From Flectonema sp. DT1601 (Eukaryota), in contig OZ025790.1 in NCBI GenBank assembly GCA_964019425.1, positions 992,001-1,056,000 of the forward strand: DNA of 64,000 nt, read 5' to 3'. This document shows positions 61,701 through 64,000 of the stretch, piece by piece. The notes beneath the pieces were generated by a model. That model worked only from the letters and a program-made list of their open reading frames with translations. It was not told the origin of the DNA and made no database searches. How positions within the stretch are numbered: position 1 is the first letter of the stretch; each line of letters begins with the position of its first letter. A program made the position numbers and the translations under genes.

Positions 61701-64000
61701 ACACCAACTAACAGGTTTGTCTCATTGCCCGTTCTTTCTTGTTTCCCTTTGCCGCCGGAAGTACGAAGGTCGACGGAGGTTCGAAGCATTGCTTGCGATG
61801 ATGTTCCGGTATGTGTTGCGTCTCTGTTATTTGTTTGTTTCAACTCAATTGGTTCATCTCAGGTTTTAGAAGTCTTCGTCCTGTTCGATGGGAAGGGCCT
61901 GAATCAAAAGTTCACTGCCCCTATTCCTCTCCCAAATTTCTTATTCAGCTCGCCACATGACTGTGTGACATTATTGCTACATTGTAGCTCCCCTACAAAA
62001 ACCTTATTTTTTGCAGTTGTCTTTTGGTTGTAGCAACTTTTATTTTATGCTTTTCTAATGTCCCAAAGTTGGTTTATTTTACTTTTTTTTTCTGCAAGGG
62101 AACAGTCCAAAGCATAAGTCCGAACAGCCCTAAGGCCAGTGAACGCACTGATTGTTAGGTATTGTATTCCAGGGAAAGTTTGGTTTGTATACTTTATTTT
62201 TATTTTAGTTTATTTAATTTGTTAAAAGAAAACAGGTAACTTTACATGAGCATCGGCTCGAACGGCTCTGGCGAAGCGAGTGAACGAGTCTGATTGCTGA
62301 GTATTGTATTCTGTTTTCTTGTTCTTTTTTTAATTTATTTCAAACAGGGCAACAGGGGGAAAGTTTGGTTTGTATCCCCTGGGTGTTTAGCGTCACCTGT
62401 TGAGGTGTAATGTATTCTGTTTACTTCTATCCCTTTGTTTTTTTTTTTTTTTTTTTTTTTATTTCAAACAGGACAGCAGGGGGAAAGTTTGTTTCGTACC
62501 CCCCGGGTGCTTAGCGTCACCCTCCATGCGATGCTTGCGCAGGGAGAGCCAAGGGTCGAGAACCCTGGAGATTACCTTTGTTTCTTTTTGTGACTGGATT
62601 GCAGTGGCGCAACCCATCACCCCACCTGTTGGTATCTTTTTATTTTTTTTATTTAAAGAAAAAAGCAGGCTAAGTCGCCTGAGCTGGCATCGCCAGAATA
62701 TTTAACTTCACATGGCAATGTCAGCTCGTGAAGGGATCCAGTTGGATCAAAGGTTTTCTCCCCCCCACTCTATTTATCGTCATTGGTGCGCACCTTCGAA
62801 CAGGAAGGCCAACACTGACGGAATTTTTTACTTCTCTTCCCAGGGTTGAACCTTGGGAAAAAAACAAACAATAAACACAGTGTAGACAAACACCCGCCGG
62901 ACATCTGCAGAGCAGCGATCGATGTCGATGTCTTCGTTGTCGAACTTCCTGGCGTTTATGTTTTTGTTTTTAACAACAACACAACACCAACTAACAGGTT
63001 TGTCTCATTGCCCGTTCTTTCTTGTTTCCCTTTGCCGCCGGAAGTACGAAGGTCGACGGAGGTTCGAAGCATTGCTTGCGATGATGTTCCGGTATGTGTT
63101 GCGTCTCTGTTATTTGTTTGTTTCAACTCAATTGGTTCATCTCAGGTTTTAGAAGTCTTCGTCCTGTTCGATGGGAAGGGCCTGAATCAAAAGTTCACTG
63201 CCCCTATTCCTCTCCCAAATTTCTTATTCAGCTCGCCACATGACTGTGTGACATTATTGCTACATTGTAGCTCCCCTACAAAAACCTTATTTTTTGCAGT
63301 TGTCTTTTGGTTGTAGCAACTTTTATTTTATGCTTTTCTAATGTCCCAAAGTTGGTTTATTTTACTTTTTTTTTCTGCAAGGGAACAGTCCAAAGCATAA
63401 GTCCGAACAGCCCTAAGGCCAGTGAACGCACTGATTGTTAGGTATTGTATTCCAGGGAAAGTTTGGTTTGTATACTTTATTTTTATTTTAGTTTATTTAA
63501 TTTGTTAAAAGAAAACAGGTAACTTTACATGAGCATCGGCTCGAACGGCTCTGGCGAAGCGAGTGAACGAGTCTGATTGCTGAGTATTGTATTCTGTTTT
63601 CTTGTTCTTTTTTTAATTTATTTCAAACAGGGCAACAGGGGGAAAGTTTGGTTTGTATCCCCTGGGTGTTTAGCGTCACCTGTTGAGGTGTAATGTATTC
63701 TGTTTACTTCTATCCCTTTGTTTTTTTTTTTTTTTTTTTTTTTATTTCAAACAGGACAGCAGGGGGAAAGTTTGTTTCGTACCCCCCGGGTGCTTAGCGT
63801 CACCCTCCATGCGATGCTTGCGCAGGGAGAGCCAAGGGTCGAGAACCCTGGAGATTACCTTTGTTTCTTTTTGTGACTGGATTGCAGTGGCGCAACCCAT
63901 CACCCCACCTGTTGGTATCTTTTTATTTTTTTTATTTAAAGAAAAAAGCAGGCTAAGTCGCCTGAGCTGGCATCGCCAGAATATTTAACTTCACATGGCA
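52784..64000. repeat. 1283-bp tandem array, ~8.7 near-identical copies, running off the window
   Basis: The ORF track recurs every 1283 bp. The only difference I spotted is a 1-bp insertion at 58430. Confidence 0.98.

Noticed and set aside
52784..64000. Spliced-leader RNA or 5S rRNA gene array
   Set aside because: The unit size fits, but I found no CAGTTTCTGTAC-type leader core or recognisable 5S sequence on either strand. A covariance-model search would be needed to exclude divergent forms.

Overview
AT-rich eukaryotic DNA, most likely a euglenozoan protist (diplonemid-like; inferred from protein families, GT-AG introns and a one-strand gene cluster). It has three parts. (1) 1-29.3 kb: genes all on the minus strand: a broken LRR gene, a GH20 beta-hexosaminidase, a probable GPI-anchored beta-rich protein, a small MGCxxS protein, and two large spliced Cys-rich type-I membrane proteins. 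The LRR gene is interrupted by a ~0.66 kb insertion whose first 75 nt fold as an HDV-like self-cleaving ribozyme. (2) 29.4-52.7 kb: a mosaic with no intact host gene. It holds a dyad-rich ~110 bp satellite in both orientations, shuffled repeat modules and nested DNA transposons: a hAT-like element with a 5-bp TSD whose ORF is split in-frame by a TA-site MITE, two MULE-like elements, a possible Sola-like element and a 6-bp-TSD element. Two of these carry tRNA-like Pol III boxes. (3) 52.8-64 kb: about 8.7 near-identical copies of a 1283-bp unit with intron-like segments and hairpins but no convincing protein. All calls come from manual reading; no searches were run.
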